Below, piece by piece: positions 7,089-15,569 of a stretch of DNA of 31,471 nt (its first letter is position 1; every line of letters begins with the position of its first letter). Source of the stretch: a virus. Taxonomy: Duplodnaviria; Caudoviricetes. The notes under the pieces were generated by a model that saw only the letters and a program-made list of their open reading frames with translations, was not told the DNA's origin and searched no databases. The DNA lies in the IMG/VR virus record IMGVR_UViG_3300012940_001425, positions 1-31,471 of that record; one strand, written 5' to 3'. The position numbers and the translations under genes are program-made.

Positions 7089-7666
7089 CAACTTACGAAT
7101 TGGTATCACAAAGAGCAAAAGGGTCGGTAAAATTGACCTACGATGGCAACTATTTAAAAACCGTTGAAATTGATTTTAAAGAGCCTTTAAGCGTTATGCA
7201 GTTCGGGACACTGTTTGCCAGTATTCCGTATGTGCCAGCTGGAATAGAAGACCTTGCTTTGCTGGGGTTTGAAGTAAAAACAGCTTTACGGGATAATGAA
7301 AAGATTGCTTTGTTCTGTAGGTTATATGAGCAGTATGTGGGGATTAAGTATAAAGTTAGTGCCTCCGATAGTGGTAAGATAAAAAAGCTCGCACTTAATG
7401 AGAAATTGCTGAACCATTATTTTACCAGCACAAGGTTCGAATTTAAGGGAAAGCAGTCTATTGCTAATCTAGCTAAATATTGGAATGAGTTGCTACGGGA
7501 TTATTGCGGAGACAGCTTGGTTGCTGACTACCCCAACCATTGGGATGCTGCCTTTGCCGCCAAATTGGATGGTGCGCAAACGAGTAAGTACTGGGCGCAT
7601 TTGCGGCGACTTGGATTGAAGCCGAAAAAAGACCGGCACGGTAATGTTACAGAATGGTTGAAATAG
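7085..7666 (+). CDS. hypothetical protein
   Basis: 193-aa ORF with an ATGA overlap. Confidence 0.75.
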   Translation: MTTYELVSQRAKGSVKLTYDGNYLKTVEIDFKEPLSVMQFGTLFASIPYVPAGIEDLALLGFEVKTALRDNEKIALFCRLYEQYVGIKYKVSASDSGKIKKLALNEKLLNHYFTSTRFEFKGKQSIANLAKYWNELLRDYCGDSLVADYPNHWDAAFAAKLDGAQTSKYWAHLRRLGLKPKKDRHGNVTEWLK

Positions 7667-7763
7667 TTGATTTTGAAATATAAAATATTTTTTTCTCCTT
7701 TGCCTTTGACTTACAATTACATAGTTCAAGGGCTAAAAACTTGAATTAATTTATTATTAAATA

Positions 7764-7863
7764 GCGGAAGCCCCGTTAACAAGGTGGTGCAAAGGAAACG
7801 ATGCACTGGTTACTACGCCCGGCGTGTAATTGTAAGTCACACCTAAATTAACGGGGCTTCTGC
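7764..7863 (+). ncRNA. C4-like antisense regulatory RNA upstream of the antirepressor
   Basis: A 16-bp closing stem (7764-7779 with 7848-7863, one G-U) encloses internal hairpins. The segment 7825-7839 is complementary to 7707-7721 (15/15) and to 7881-7888 at the start codon (8/8). Confidence 0.6.
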
Positions 7864-7879
7864 GTGCAATTCTTTTTTC

Positions 7880-8392
7880 ATGACTTACGAAAAGAATCAG
7901 CAGGTCATTAATCTGCAAGTTACCGATGGTTTGACGGTAGCGGTACTTCAACATCAAACACACGAATTCCTTATGCCTGTTAAGGATGTAGCTTTAGGCT
8001 ATGGTGTATCTGACGGCACTATTAGAAAGCATTTAGAGAGAAATCAAGATGAATTTACGGAGAACAGACACTTTGTTAGGGGTGCGACAATTAGTCTCAC
8101 CCTTAAGAATGTACAACCCCATGCCGTGTACTGGACTAAAGCAGGGATTGTCCGGTTGGGTTTCTTCATTAAAAGCGATCGCGCAAAAATGTTCAGGGAC
8201 TGGGCGGAAAATGTAATATTGCAAACCATAAGCCCGCAATTACCTGCTGAACTACCGCCGGTTAGACGGCGTAAGCATAACCGGTTGACCAATGAACGCT
8301 TGTTGGATATTATGGCCGATGTGTGTTTGATAGAAAACACGGAGTTACGGGTAAGAATAGCCACTAAATTGAAAGGAGGGCAAAATGACTGA
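7880..8392 (+). CDS. phage antirepressor-like DNA-binding protein (ORF6N/Bro-N-like)
   Basis: Reads KDVALGYGVSDGTIRKHLERNQDEFTENRHF...WTKAGIVRLGFFIKSDRAKMFRDW. Confidence 0.7.
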   Translation: MTYEKNQQVINLQVTDGLTVAVLQHQTHEFLMPVKDVALGYGVSDGTIRKHLERNQDEFTENRHFVRGATISLTLKNVQPHAVYWTKAGIVRLGFFIKSDRAKMFRDWAENVILQTISPQLPAELPPVRRRKHNRLTNERLLDIMADVCLIENTELRVRIATKLKGGQND

Positions 8393-8597
8393 AATGTTAG
8401 TTGTTAAGAAGTTCGAGGAACTGATTACTAAGGAAATTTATGCACCTGATCTTGCTGCCTGTCTTGAAAAAATATTGTGGGGATATGCGTTATACTGCCT
8501 TGGAGACGGTGATATATGTGGTGATCCGGATAAGGTACGCTCCATTTATTGGAGTAAAGAATTGCTGGATATTTTAAAATCAGCTGAAAATAGTTAA
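8385..8597 (+). CDS. hypothetical protein
   Basis: 70-aa ORF overlapping the antirepressor stop. Confidence 0.65.
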   Translation: MTEMLVVKKFEELITKEIYAPDLAACLEKILWGYALYCLGDGDICGDPDKVRSIYWSKELLDILKSAENS

Positions 8598-8605
8598 TTT
8601 TATAT

Positions 8606-8634
8606 GCCCCATAGCGCGGTGCTAAGGGGCTTTT
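8606..8634 (+). terminator. intrinsic terminator
   Basis: gcccc-a-tagc / gcta-a-ggggc stem followed by tttt. Confidence 0.65.
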
Positions 8635-8654
8635 CAATTTAAACAAAATAAATC

Positions 8655-9011
8655 ATGATGGAATTATTATTACTAATTAACGGCTGTATAGGCGCTGTTG
8701 CTATTATTTGTTTTTTTTATCTATGTTATAATGTGAATTTCATAAAAAATAAACTGGTTGATAAGGATTATGCGTATTGGGAACGGATGTATTATAAAGC
8801 AGATATTTACGGGAATTCCGAAGAAGCTAAGCGTGCTCTTGAAGAAATGATATGGATAGATGTTAAGTTGTTAAACAATAATTACACTAACTCGGACAGA
8901 AGAAAGACCGACTACACTTCTTTGAAAAATAAATATAGGGCTCAAATTGAAAAGGGACAGATAGCATTTCCTGAGCTTGATAAGATATCAGGTATACCTA
9001 TTAGGCTATAG
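8655..9011 (+). CDS. AT-rich membrane-anchored hypothetical protein (moron-like)
   Basis: Has an N-terminal hydrophobic helix, lies after a terminator and is visibly more AT-rich than its neighbours. Confidence 0.65.
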   Translation: MMELLLLINGCIGAVAIICFFYLCYNVNFIKNKLVDKDYAYWERMYYKADIYGNSEEAKRALEEMIWIDVKLLNNNYTNSDRRKTDYTSLKNKYRAQIEKGQIAFPELDKISGIPIRL

Positions 9012-9078
9012 ACGGGGGCTTTTTTATTGTTACTAACTTTTTTTTAATGTGTTTTTGCGTATGGGTAAATTTGTTGCA

Positions 9079-9285
9079 ATGGCGTACCACCGTAACAATT
9101 ACCTAAAATCTGTTAACTACATGATGGGTGTTTACCAATCTGTAAAGGAAAGTGATGTGCCTGATACCCGTATTATCCGTAATATTTTCCCGAAGCATGG
9201 CATATACATTAGTTACCGCCAGTGGATGAACATTAAGGGAATGAAGCCCAGCGAATATAAGCAAAGCCAGCTTTCTTTATTCTGA
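9079..9285 (+). CDS. small hypothetical protein, possibly the late-transcription regulator (positional analogue of Mu Mor/C)
   Basis: Last + strand early gene, with an HTH-like IIRNIFPKHGIYISYRQWMNI segment. TAAATTTG at 9066-9073 matches the Bacteroidota -7 box. The function is inferred from position only. Confidence 0.55.
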   Translation: MAYHRNNYLKSVNYMMGVYQSVKESDVPDTRIIRNIFPKHGIYISYRQWMNIKGMKPSEYKQSQLSLF

Positions 9286-9331
9286 TAACCGTTTAATTAG
9301 CAATAGATGCCTTCGGGCTGATGATGAATGG

Positions 9332-9367
9332 AGCCCCTTGGAATACGCCAAGGGGCTTTTATTTTTT
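9332..9367 (+). terminator. intrinsic terminator between convergent operons
   Basis: agccccttgg-aatacg-ccaaggggct forms a 10-bp stem followed by tttatttttt. Confidence 0.85.
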
Positions 9368-9368
9368 A

Positions 9369-9806
9369 CTAGCTTTTCTCGTAGAGCCACGTGCCATAAA
9401 CCAAATTGATAACCTTTAACCCGTCCGGACGGTTTTCTTCCCGCTGGGATGCTCTTTCGAGCGGTGCATTGAAAATGGCGTTATCAATCTTTCCTTGTAG
9501 CAGATCATGAACGTTTTTAACGGTATCAAAGTACAGTAACGAAGCCTCTTGGGTTGCTGCCGGCAGCGAGCTGTCTGTTTCGTCAACAAAATCAAACACA
9601 AGTTTTAAAGTAATCTGCACGTTGCATTTTTGCAATTTGCGTTGATGGTTGACGGTCTGAGGGTAACTGATACCGATAAGTGCGGCAGGAAAATCCACCG
9701 GCGGCCTTACTTCGTAATTGTTTGCCTGACCTTTATCTAAATCAATCCACTTGATGTAGGGGCTTTGTTTGAGTTGCTCCTGAATGTACAAGAATAGTTC
9801 TTTCAT
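9369..9806 (-). CDS. Mu gp37-like head-tail joining / tail terminator protein
   Basis: Has IKWIDLDKGQ...PPVDFPAALI and ends the head-completion operon. Confidence 0.55.
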   Translation of the reverse strand: MKELFLYIQEQLKQSPYIKWIDLDKGQANNYEVRPPVDFPAALIGISYPQTVNHQRKLQKCNVQITLKLVFDFVDETDSSLPAATQEASLLYFDTVKNVHDLLQGKIDNAIFNAPLERASQREENRPDGLKVINLVYGTWLYEKS

Positions 9807-9808
9807 GG

Positions 9809-10354
9809 TTACCTGTTTTTAAATTCGTTTAAAAATTCTTCTTTAATTATGCCTTGTAAGTGGTTTTTAAGTCGTGGTGATGATCCTAAGAACCTACGTT
9901 GCGGCATATTGATGGTATAGGATTTATAGGTTGTGCCCTTTCCGGGTTTGGTGTCTCTCCGGAATGCTCCTTTACCTCCGAACAGTTTGCCCAAACGGCC
10001 GCGCTGATGCCTGTTTCTAATAAACATTTCTGTTCGTGCTGCACGGTTGATGATACCGCCGTTATTGTGTATTTCGGCATACGGAAGGTCTGAACCAACA
10101 GTGATGCGCGTGAGCGATGAACTTACTATCCTGACACTACGCTGCAAGGCTCCAGTTTTGACAAGTAGTTTCCGGCGGTTCTTTTTATCCTTACGTGCCG
10201 GCCACTTTTGCCCTTCAAAAGATTCTGTTCGGAAATTATCCAGCGAGGCATTTACAACCTCTGTACCTATGATGTTGGCTAATCGCTGCTGCACGTTCTG
10301 TACCTTTTGGGCAAACTGGGTAAAGAATGCATCTATGTTCTGCTGGTTGTTCAT
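9809..10354 (-). CDS. phage virion morphogenesis protein (Mu gpG-like)
   Basis: Reads NFRTESFEGQKW...LLVKTGALQRS...VGSDLPYAEIHNNGG...MPQRRFLG. Confidence 0.85.
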   Translation of the reverse strand: MNNQQNIDAFFTQFAQKVQNVQQRLANIIGTEVVNASLDNFRTESFEGQKWPARKDKKNRRKLLVKTGALQRSVRIVSSSLTRITVGSDLPYAEIHNNGGIINRAARTEMFIRNRHQRGRLGKLFGGKGAFRRDTKPGKGTTYKSYTINMPQRRFLGSSPRLKNHLQGIIKEEFLNEFKNR

Positions 10355-10374
10355 TGCTATTTTAAAAAGTTTTG

Positions 10375-10456
10375 TATATTTGTGGTACGGAGATCGTCAG
10401 CAATGGGGGTCACCGTGCCCCGAAAGCACTGACACAAGTTGGTGCTTTCGGCATTT
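10375..10456 (+). ncRNA. candidate small RNA with its own promoter, convergent with muF
   Basis: A TATATTTG -7 box (10375-10382) is followed by hairpin 10384-10419 (GCAA loop) and a 14-bp hairpin 10420-10451. The G-U pairs favour the + strand. Confidence 0.45.
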
Positions 10457-11723
10457 ACGGACGTTTGTAAACCCATACCTCATCGTTAAACCTGAACTCA
10501 ATAAGCTTTAAATGCTTATGATCCTTCCACCGGCCATTGGCTAACCTGTCCAAGATTATTTTATCCACTTCCTCGCTGAGATTGATAATGACATAGTCTG
10601 CTTGCTTGGAACCCTCGCCAATGGCGTGCTTGATGTTGTTGCTGTTGAAAGACCTGGTCGATGATTCTTCCTCGTATAGGACTTTGTCTATCCGCAGATC
10701 GGGTGACTTATTCGGCTTGGCATCGGGAAAGATAACGGCCCGTTGCGCCGCAAAACCATCAGGGTCTAATGTTGGCATGATGTCTACCATTATCTTATCG
10801 TTTACCGTTTTATCAATCGCAATCTTTAACAGCCTATCATAATCGGCCGATTCCGTATCGACCATGTAATGCCTACGAATGATGCCTTCTGTGTTGTTGC
10901 TGGCATCCAGTATGTCAAACTGCATGTTGTAGGGAAAGAATTGGCGACTGGCTTCCATAACCTCAGGCGGCATATCTTCGAAGTAGGCGTGATCTTCGGG
11001 GAATGCCAAACCGCGCTGCCCAAGGTTTACCTTGAATATGCTTGGAATGTTGGGATAAGCAATTTTACTTTCGTGGGTAACCTCTACATTACGCCGTTGC
11101 TTAACTGTTGAGCGACAATTGTAATGGTTTGGCGGGTAAAACTGCATCCAAAAGGCATCGTCTACCGGTCGGATCACACCGTCCAATGACCGGCACAGCG
11201 CTGTTGTATGTTCATCTTCTATGGCAATGAACTCCAAGTAAGGATAGATATGCTTTTGTGCCTGAATGGTATCCCACTTGGCGGCCATCTGTGCACCGGC
11301 AACGGCTGTTTGGTATTCTGTTTTCAGGTGCCTGAGCTGCTCGCCCGTGATGATGACGGTCTGAATGCGAAATTCATCGAACGACCTTAAAGAACCATCG
11401 GGTTTGGTAAGCGCATCGCTCATCTGTTTGAGCTGCGTGTAGGTCTTGGCCGCACTGAACTGCCAAACGTTTTTCTCTAGGCTGTACAGCTTTTTGTAAT
11501 CAGGCGTATTGAAATCGGTATCGATGTAGTCTTTACCGTAACCTTTCTTGATCGCTTCACTCAGACGCTCGCCATAGGTTTGGATCAACACCGGATCATA
11601 ACCCTGTTCGAGTGCCTGCTCCTCCCATAACTTGCGTGCCAGCTGTTCAATATAATCGCCAAAATCATTAGGAACCTCTGCCGATAAATGCACGTGGTTA
11701 TTACAGCAATAATAGCTGTTCAC
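10455..11723 (-). CDS. MuF (gpF-like) minor head protein with a C-terminal PD-(D/E)XK/CdiA-CT-like nuclease extension
   Basis: MuF motifs are LKTEYQTA, LCRSLDG...DDAFW...YPPNHYNCRS. The C-terminus reads SPDLRIDKVLYEEES...NNIKHAIGEGSKQADYVIINL. The only start in the track is a weak GTG. Confidence 0.85.
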   Translation of the reverse strand: MNSYYCCNNHVHLSAEVPNDFGDYIEQLARKLWEEQALEQGYDPVLIQTYGERLSEAIKKGYGKDYIDTDFNTPDYKKLYSLEKNVWQFSAAKTYTQLKQMSDALTKPDGSLRSFDEFRIQTVIITGEQLRHLKTEYQTAVAGAQMAAKWDTIQAQKHIYPYLEFIAIEDEHTTALCRSLDGVIRPVDDAFWMQFYPPNHYNCRSTVKQRRNVEVTHESKIAYPNIPSIFKVNLGQRGLAFPEDHAYFEDMPPEVMEASRQFFPYNMQFDILDASNNTEGIIRRHYMVDTESADYDRLLKIAIDKTVNDKIMVDIMPTLDPDGFAAQRAVIFPDAKPNKSPDLRIDKVLYEEESSTRSFNSNNIKHAIGEGSKQADYVIINLSEEVDKIILDRLANGRWKDHKHLKLIEFRFNDEVWVYKRP

Positions 11724-11737
11724 CTTGTGGCCGTGCA

Positions 11738-11780
11738 GCCCGCCCAGATCGGGTTGATCTGAGGGGCTTAGTCGAAAAAA
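11738..11780 (-). promoter_or_regulatory. -1 programmed ribosomal frameshift signal (portal to MuF)
   Basis: In-frame T TTT TTC heptamer (11780-11774), a 6-nt spacer, then a ~12-bp hairpin (11767-11738). The -1 frame is open and continuous with muF. Confidence 0.65.
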
Positions 11781-12991
11781 TTGGATGGCAGCTTAGCGGA
11801 AAGCTTCTTGTTTCCGGGTTGTTTTGGTTCTGTTGCTTCATTCTTTGGCTTATCCAGCACCTCTACACCGAATTTTTCTTTGATCCATTCGTTGGGCACA
11901 TCTTTATAGGGCAATAGCTTGCGGGTAAAGTCGAACAGCTTATTGATGTCTTCCGCCTCGGAATAGTTCATGTAAGAACCTTCTTTCACAAGCCCGTGGC
12001 TGGCCAGTGCCGGTATGACAATGGAGTTTACTTCCTGCTCTACAAAGCGCTGGTCTGCCATTACTTTCTGCCAAAGCATTTCCTGACTGGCTTCATCTTT
12101 GGAACGTGATCCGTTGACGGTATCCTGCCCGATGATGGCGCCCGAAATAAGCATTGAGATCTCGTTGTTGCAGAGCTGTATGAAATTACGGTATACATCG
12201 CCATTGGTTGTTGCTGCCGATGCAAATTCAAGCTCTTCGGTTTCGTCTATTATAAACCAAGCAGCAGCTCCCATGTCGCGCATCATCTGCTCGCCGCGGT
12301 TCATCATACCGGCATCCTGCGTGTTGGTTTTCAATACGCGTGGAGGTATGCCATATATCTCACATAATTCAGACCAGCAGGATTGTGCAAAGCGCTTCAT
12401 GAGCACGTGCGGTGTCACCTTGTTTAGCAAACCAAATTCCTGCTCGTGCATGACCACGTTATTGAACTCTAACAGGAAAGTGCCGTATTCTCGCAGATCA
12501 CGGTATTGAACCTGATCGGTTAACTCAACATAATCGGAATAAAAGGTGCCTGTTTGCGGAATGATGTTGGTTCGTGGTAGATCATCGGCTATCAATTGGC
12601 CAATGTTGTTGTGCAGCTCTACCATGGAGTAGCCGAAAAAGCGTGAATCCAGTATGGCATCAACTATTTTACGGAAAGCCGGTGAGTTGGATAACAACTT
12701 GGTGGCTTTATCATCCTCTTTATCATCTGCTGTTTTGATCACAAACTCGCTGGAAAAGGTTTGGTCTTTTCGGTTTTCCAACTGGGAGGTTAAGAGCGAA
12801 TCTGTTTTGATGTTGTTGTACAGCAATTGTAGCTGCCAAGCTGATGGTTGCTCTACGTTCTGAAACGCTGCCAATGCCCTGCGCCACGTTTGTATGTCTT
12901 GCCGGGTTTGGCTAACGGCTTTTAATTTGTATGGTAGTACGCTCTTGAAAGCGGGTTTTGACTTGCCTATTTTACTGTTTGTAGTTGCCAT
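11768..12991 (-). CDS. portal protein (DUF935 / Mu gp29-like)
   Basis: Has ILDSRFFGYSMVEL, WSELCEIYGIP and ISGAIIGQ...GSRSKDE, and lies between the terminase and muF. Confidence 0.88.
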   Translation of the reverse strand: MATTNSKIGKSKPAFKSVLPYKLKAVSQTRQDIQTWRRALAAFQNVEQPSAWQLQLLYNNIKTDSLLTSQLENRKDQTFSSEFVIKTADDKEDDKATKLLSNSPAFRKIVDAILDSRFFGYSMVELHNNIGQLIADDLPRTNIIPQTGTFYSDYVELTDQVQYRDLREYGTFLLEFNNVVMHEQEFGLLNKVTPHVLMKRFAQSCWSELCEIYGIPPRVLKTNTQDAGMMNRGEQMMRDMGAAAWFIIDETEELEFASAATTNGDVYRNFIQLCNNEISMLISGAIIGQDTVNGSRSKDEASQEMLWQKVMADQRFVEQEVNSIVIPALASHGLVKEGSYMNYSEAEDINKLFDFTRKLLPYKDVPNEWIKEKFGVEVLDKPKNEATEPKQPGNKKLSAKLPSNFFD

Positions 12992-12993
12992 GG

Positions 12994-13464
12994 TTATTCG
13001 TGGTTAAATTTTAATCGTGAACCCATACGGAATGGTTTAGCTAAACTGGTTGGATTGCCGTCTTCATCTACCGGGTCTTGTATGATGGGCAAAGTGGGGT
13101 CATTAGCCTCACCGGTAGCGAGGTCTTTCAGGTAATCTACCGCTGCCGAATACCTGTCGCGTATAACCTCGTAATGCACACCGGCATTGTTACGGCATAT
13201 TAACCACCACATGGAAACGACTTTGGTAATTTCCAGTATGAGCGGGTTGCGTTCTTCTCCGGTGGCGGCAAATATGGTAGCGATGTCGTACTTTAACCGG
13301 CCGTCCTGCCATGACTTTTTGTTGTTGGGCGCTATGCGGCTGCGTACTTCGGTCATACCGGCGCTGATGGCCATCTCGACAATGGTATCGTCACTGTCTG
13401 ATATCTGTGCGATCTTGTTCTCGCGGAGAACTGATCTTAATTCGCTTTTTGTTAGGAATGGCAT
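12994..13464 (-). CDS. DUF1320 / Mu gp36-like head-tail adaptor
   Basis: Has MPFLTKSEL...RYSAAVDYLKDLATG. Confidence 0.75.
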   Translation of the reverse strand: MPFLTKSELRSVLRENKIAQISDSDDTIVEMAISAGMTEVRSRIAPNNKKSWQDGRLKYDIATIFAATGEERNPLILEITKVVSMWWLICRNNAGVHYEVIRDRYSAAVDYLKDLATGEANDPTLPIIQDPVDEDGNPTSLAKPFRMGSRLKFNHE

Positions 13465-13475
13465 ATTTAAAATTT

Positions 13476-15017
13476 TTAGTATTTGCGTGAGGGGATTTTG
13501 CCCGACCTGTAAGAAGTTGCTTTTCTAGCACCTTTTTTGTTCTGTATGATCCATACCGCCCCTTCTTTTGCGTCCGGCCCATCTATGAGTGTAGCATTTG
13601 GTGAAACGGCCAGCATCTGTCCTTCCATGGTATCCATGTGTTTGGTTCCTTTCAGCTTGTCGCTGAAATGCAGGTTGCCATCTTCGTCGATAGGTTGCAA
13701 CGTACCCTCTATACGATCATATTTTTCGGGCTTGTTCCTTCTGTCCGGCCGTAGCGGAATTGGATCAATACATTCGTCTTGGGCTTTTTTATAAATAGCG
13801 GGTTTGATTACCTGCTCGTAATGCGGGTCTTGGAGAGAGTTGTTCTCAATGTACATAATGATTGGATCGACCCCCTGCGATTTACAATATTCATGAGCTT
13901 GGTACAGCCAGTCAATAAATGTGGCATTATTGGTTTGCTCAAGCCTTAGCCAGTAGGTATAATACTTGAAGTTTTTATAACCTTCCACCAATACACATTT
14001 GTAGGATTTTGATTTGTTCTTGCCTTTCGGCTTATCCTTGTTCGATGTTGACGGGTCGGCATAAACAACAACCATCTCGCAGGTTCTTAACGGAGGTGCT
14101 TTGGCATAACTTACCTTTTCAAAGGTGTCGCCTTCGATAATTGGATCATTGAAATATTCACGTTGCCGGGCATTGTAGCTGATTGTTTTTAAAACACGAT
14201 CTATCATTTCCTCCGTGTTCTTTTGCGGCCAAGTGCTTTTGCCGTTCTTATCGCGGATATTGATAATCTCGTGTTTATCGGCTTTTTTGGCCATTTCTGT
14301 GATACAGCAATACTGGGCTATGATGTTACCACAGGCTATGATAAGTAGCGGCTCTGATATTGAGCGTGTAGGAATAAGCGCCGATTCTATCCATTTAACC
14401 CGATCTTTTATGATGTCGGGATTTTTGCAGTCCTGATCTGTATCGATATCATCTATCAGTATTACATCAGGCCGTGCAGCTTCATTCCGTGTACCCCGTG
14501 GAGATTGCCCTGCACCGATTGCCCTGAAAGACTTACCATCCTTTGTTTTGAACTCGTGCGCCTCCCAGTTTCCGATAGACTGTTGGGTGCCGTAGTCGTT
14601 GATAATACGGTTATTGGCTTCGAAGTTTACTTTGTAGGGCAGTAACAGACGTACGGCATTTTCTTTGGAGTCTGAAACGAGCAGTACATTGCTTTTTTTA
14701 CCAGTTAGAACCAATTTGATGACTTCCATCATGGTTCTTGCTGATTTAGCCAACTCCCGAGACCAAGAACGTACTAGGTAAAGTTCGGGGTTGAGCATAA
14801 CCAGCTTGGTAGACTTTTTATGGAAGTCGGCAGGCTCTGAAGTGTAATAGTTTGGAAAGTAATAGGCAAACCAAGCTTCGTCATCTTTCTCAAGCTTTTC
14901 GATGCGCTGCTTTTTTTGTAAAGGGGTTTCGTTGATATCAATAGGCGTTGCCTTGTTGATATTGTCCCGGAACTGGCTCCAAAGCTCGAGATACTTTTTA
15001 TCTGTGATTGATGCCAT
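13476..15017 (-). CDS. terminase large subunit
   Basis: Has a Walker A-like WSRELAKS, RGTR...RPDVILIDDID (Walker B), and nuclease motifs YADPS and DGPDA. Confidence 0.9.
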   Translation of the reverse strand: MASITDKKYLELWSQFRDNINKATPIDINETPLQKKQRIEKLEKDDEAWFAYYFPNYYTSEPADFHKKSTKLVMLNPELYLVRSWSRELAKSARTMMEVIKLVLTGKKSNVLLVSDSKENAVRLLLPYKVNFEANNRIINDYGTQQSIGNWEAHEFKTKDGKSFRAIGAGQSPRGTRNEAARPDVILIDDIDTDQDCKNPDIIKDRVKWIESALIPTRSISEPLLIIACGNIIAQYCCITEMAKKADKHEIINIRDKNGKSTWPQKNTEEMIDRVLKTISYNARQREYFNDPIIEGDTFEKVSYAKAPPLRTCEMVVVYADPSTSNKDKPKGKNKSKSYKCVLVEGYKNFKYYTYWLRLEQTNNATFIDWLYQAHEYCKSQGVDPIIMYIENNSLQDPHYEQVIKPAIYKKAQDECIDPIPLRPDRRNKPEKYDRIEGTLQPIDEDGNLHFSDKLKGTKHMDTMEGQMLAVSPNATLIDGPDAKEGAVWIIQNKKGARKATSYRSGKIPSRKY

Positions 15018-15454
15018 TACCTAACGATGCTTTGGATGTAGGTGTCACAATAACCTGTCAGGCGTTTGGCGAATTGCAGGTCATCGTATTGGATAAACTC
15101 TATCAGCTTTTTGCAGACCTCTACGGTTTCGCCAACGGAGGTCTCCACTTCCAGTTTTTCGATGGCCGCCGTCAGCTTGCTGATCACATCGGCCTCTTTG
15201 TTGTTGGCAACTTTCAGATCACGTTCAGCAATGTTATTGTTGATGAATTCCAGCTGATCGTACAGCATGGAAATTTGGTTTTGTTTGGTGGTTAGTAGAG
15301 AGCGCTTTAAATTCTTCCAACCCCCATCATTTATCCATTTGCCAAGTGTTTTCTCCGTAACGCCGACACGCTCTGCGATTACCTTTTGATGCAGGTTTTC
15401 CGAGACGTATAACGTCTTGGCATACTCCTTTGCCTGTGTCTTATTTAATGCCAT
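15017..15454 (-). CDS. putative terminase small subunit (N-terminal HTH)
   Basis: HTH QKVIAERVGVTEKTLGKWINDGGW, coupled to the large subunit. The start could be 15454 or 15475. Confidence 0.75.
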   Translation of the reverse strand: MALNKTQAKEYAKTLYVSENLHQKVIAERVGVTEKTLGKWINDGGWKNLKRSLLTTKQNQISMLYDQLEFINNNIAERDLKVANNKEADVISKLTAAIEKLEVETSVGETVEVCKKLIEFIQYDDLQFAKRLTGYCDTYIQSIVR

Positions 15455-15569
15455 AACTGTCTTTTTATGGCTCAAAAATCCCCTGAAAATACCCCCTAAT
15501 GAATTAGTTGTGCAACCCTTGCGCAGTTATTTAAATGCCTAAGGCTGTTTGAGTTGCTTTGCGTCAGTT

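Noticed and set aside
9309-9318. gcc-ttcg-ggc UUCG mini-hairpin as an RNA gene
   Set aside because: The stem is only 3 bp and nothing else supports it.
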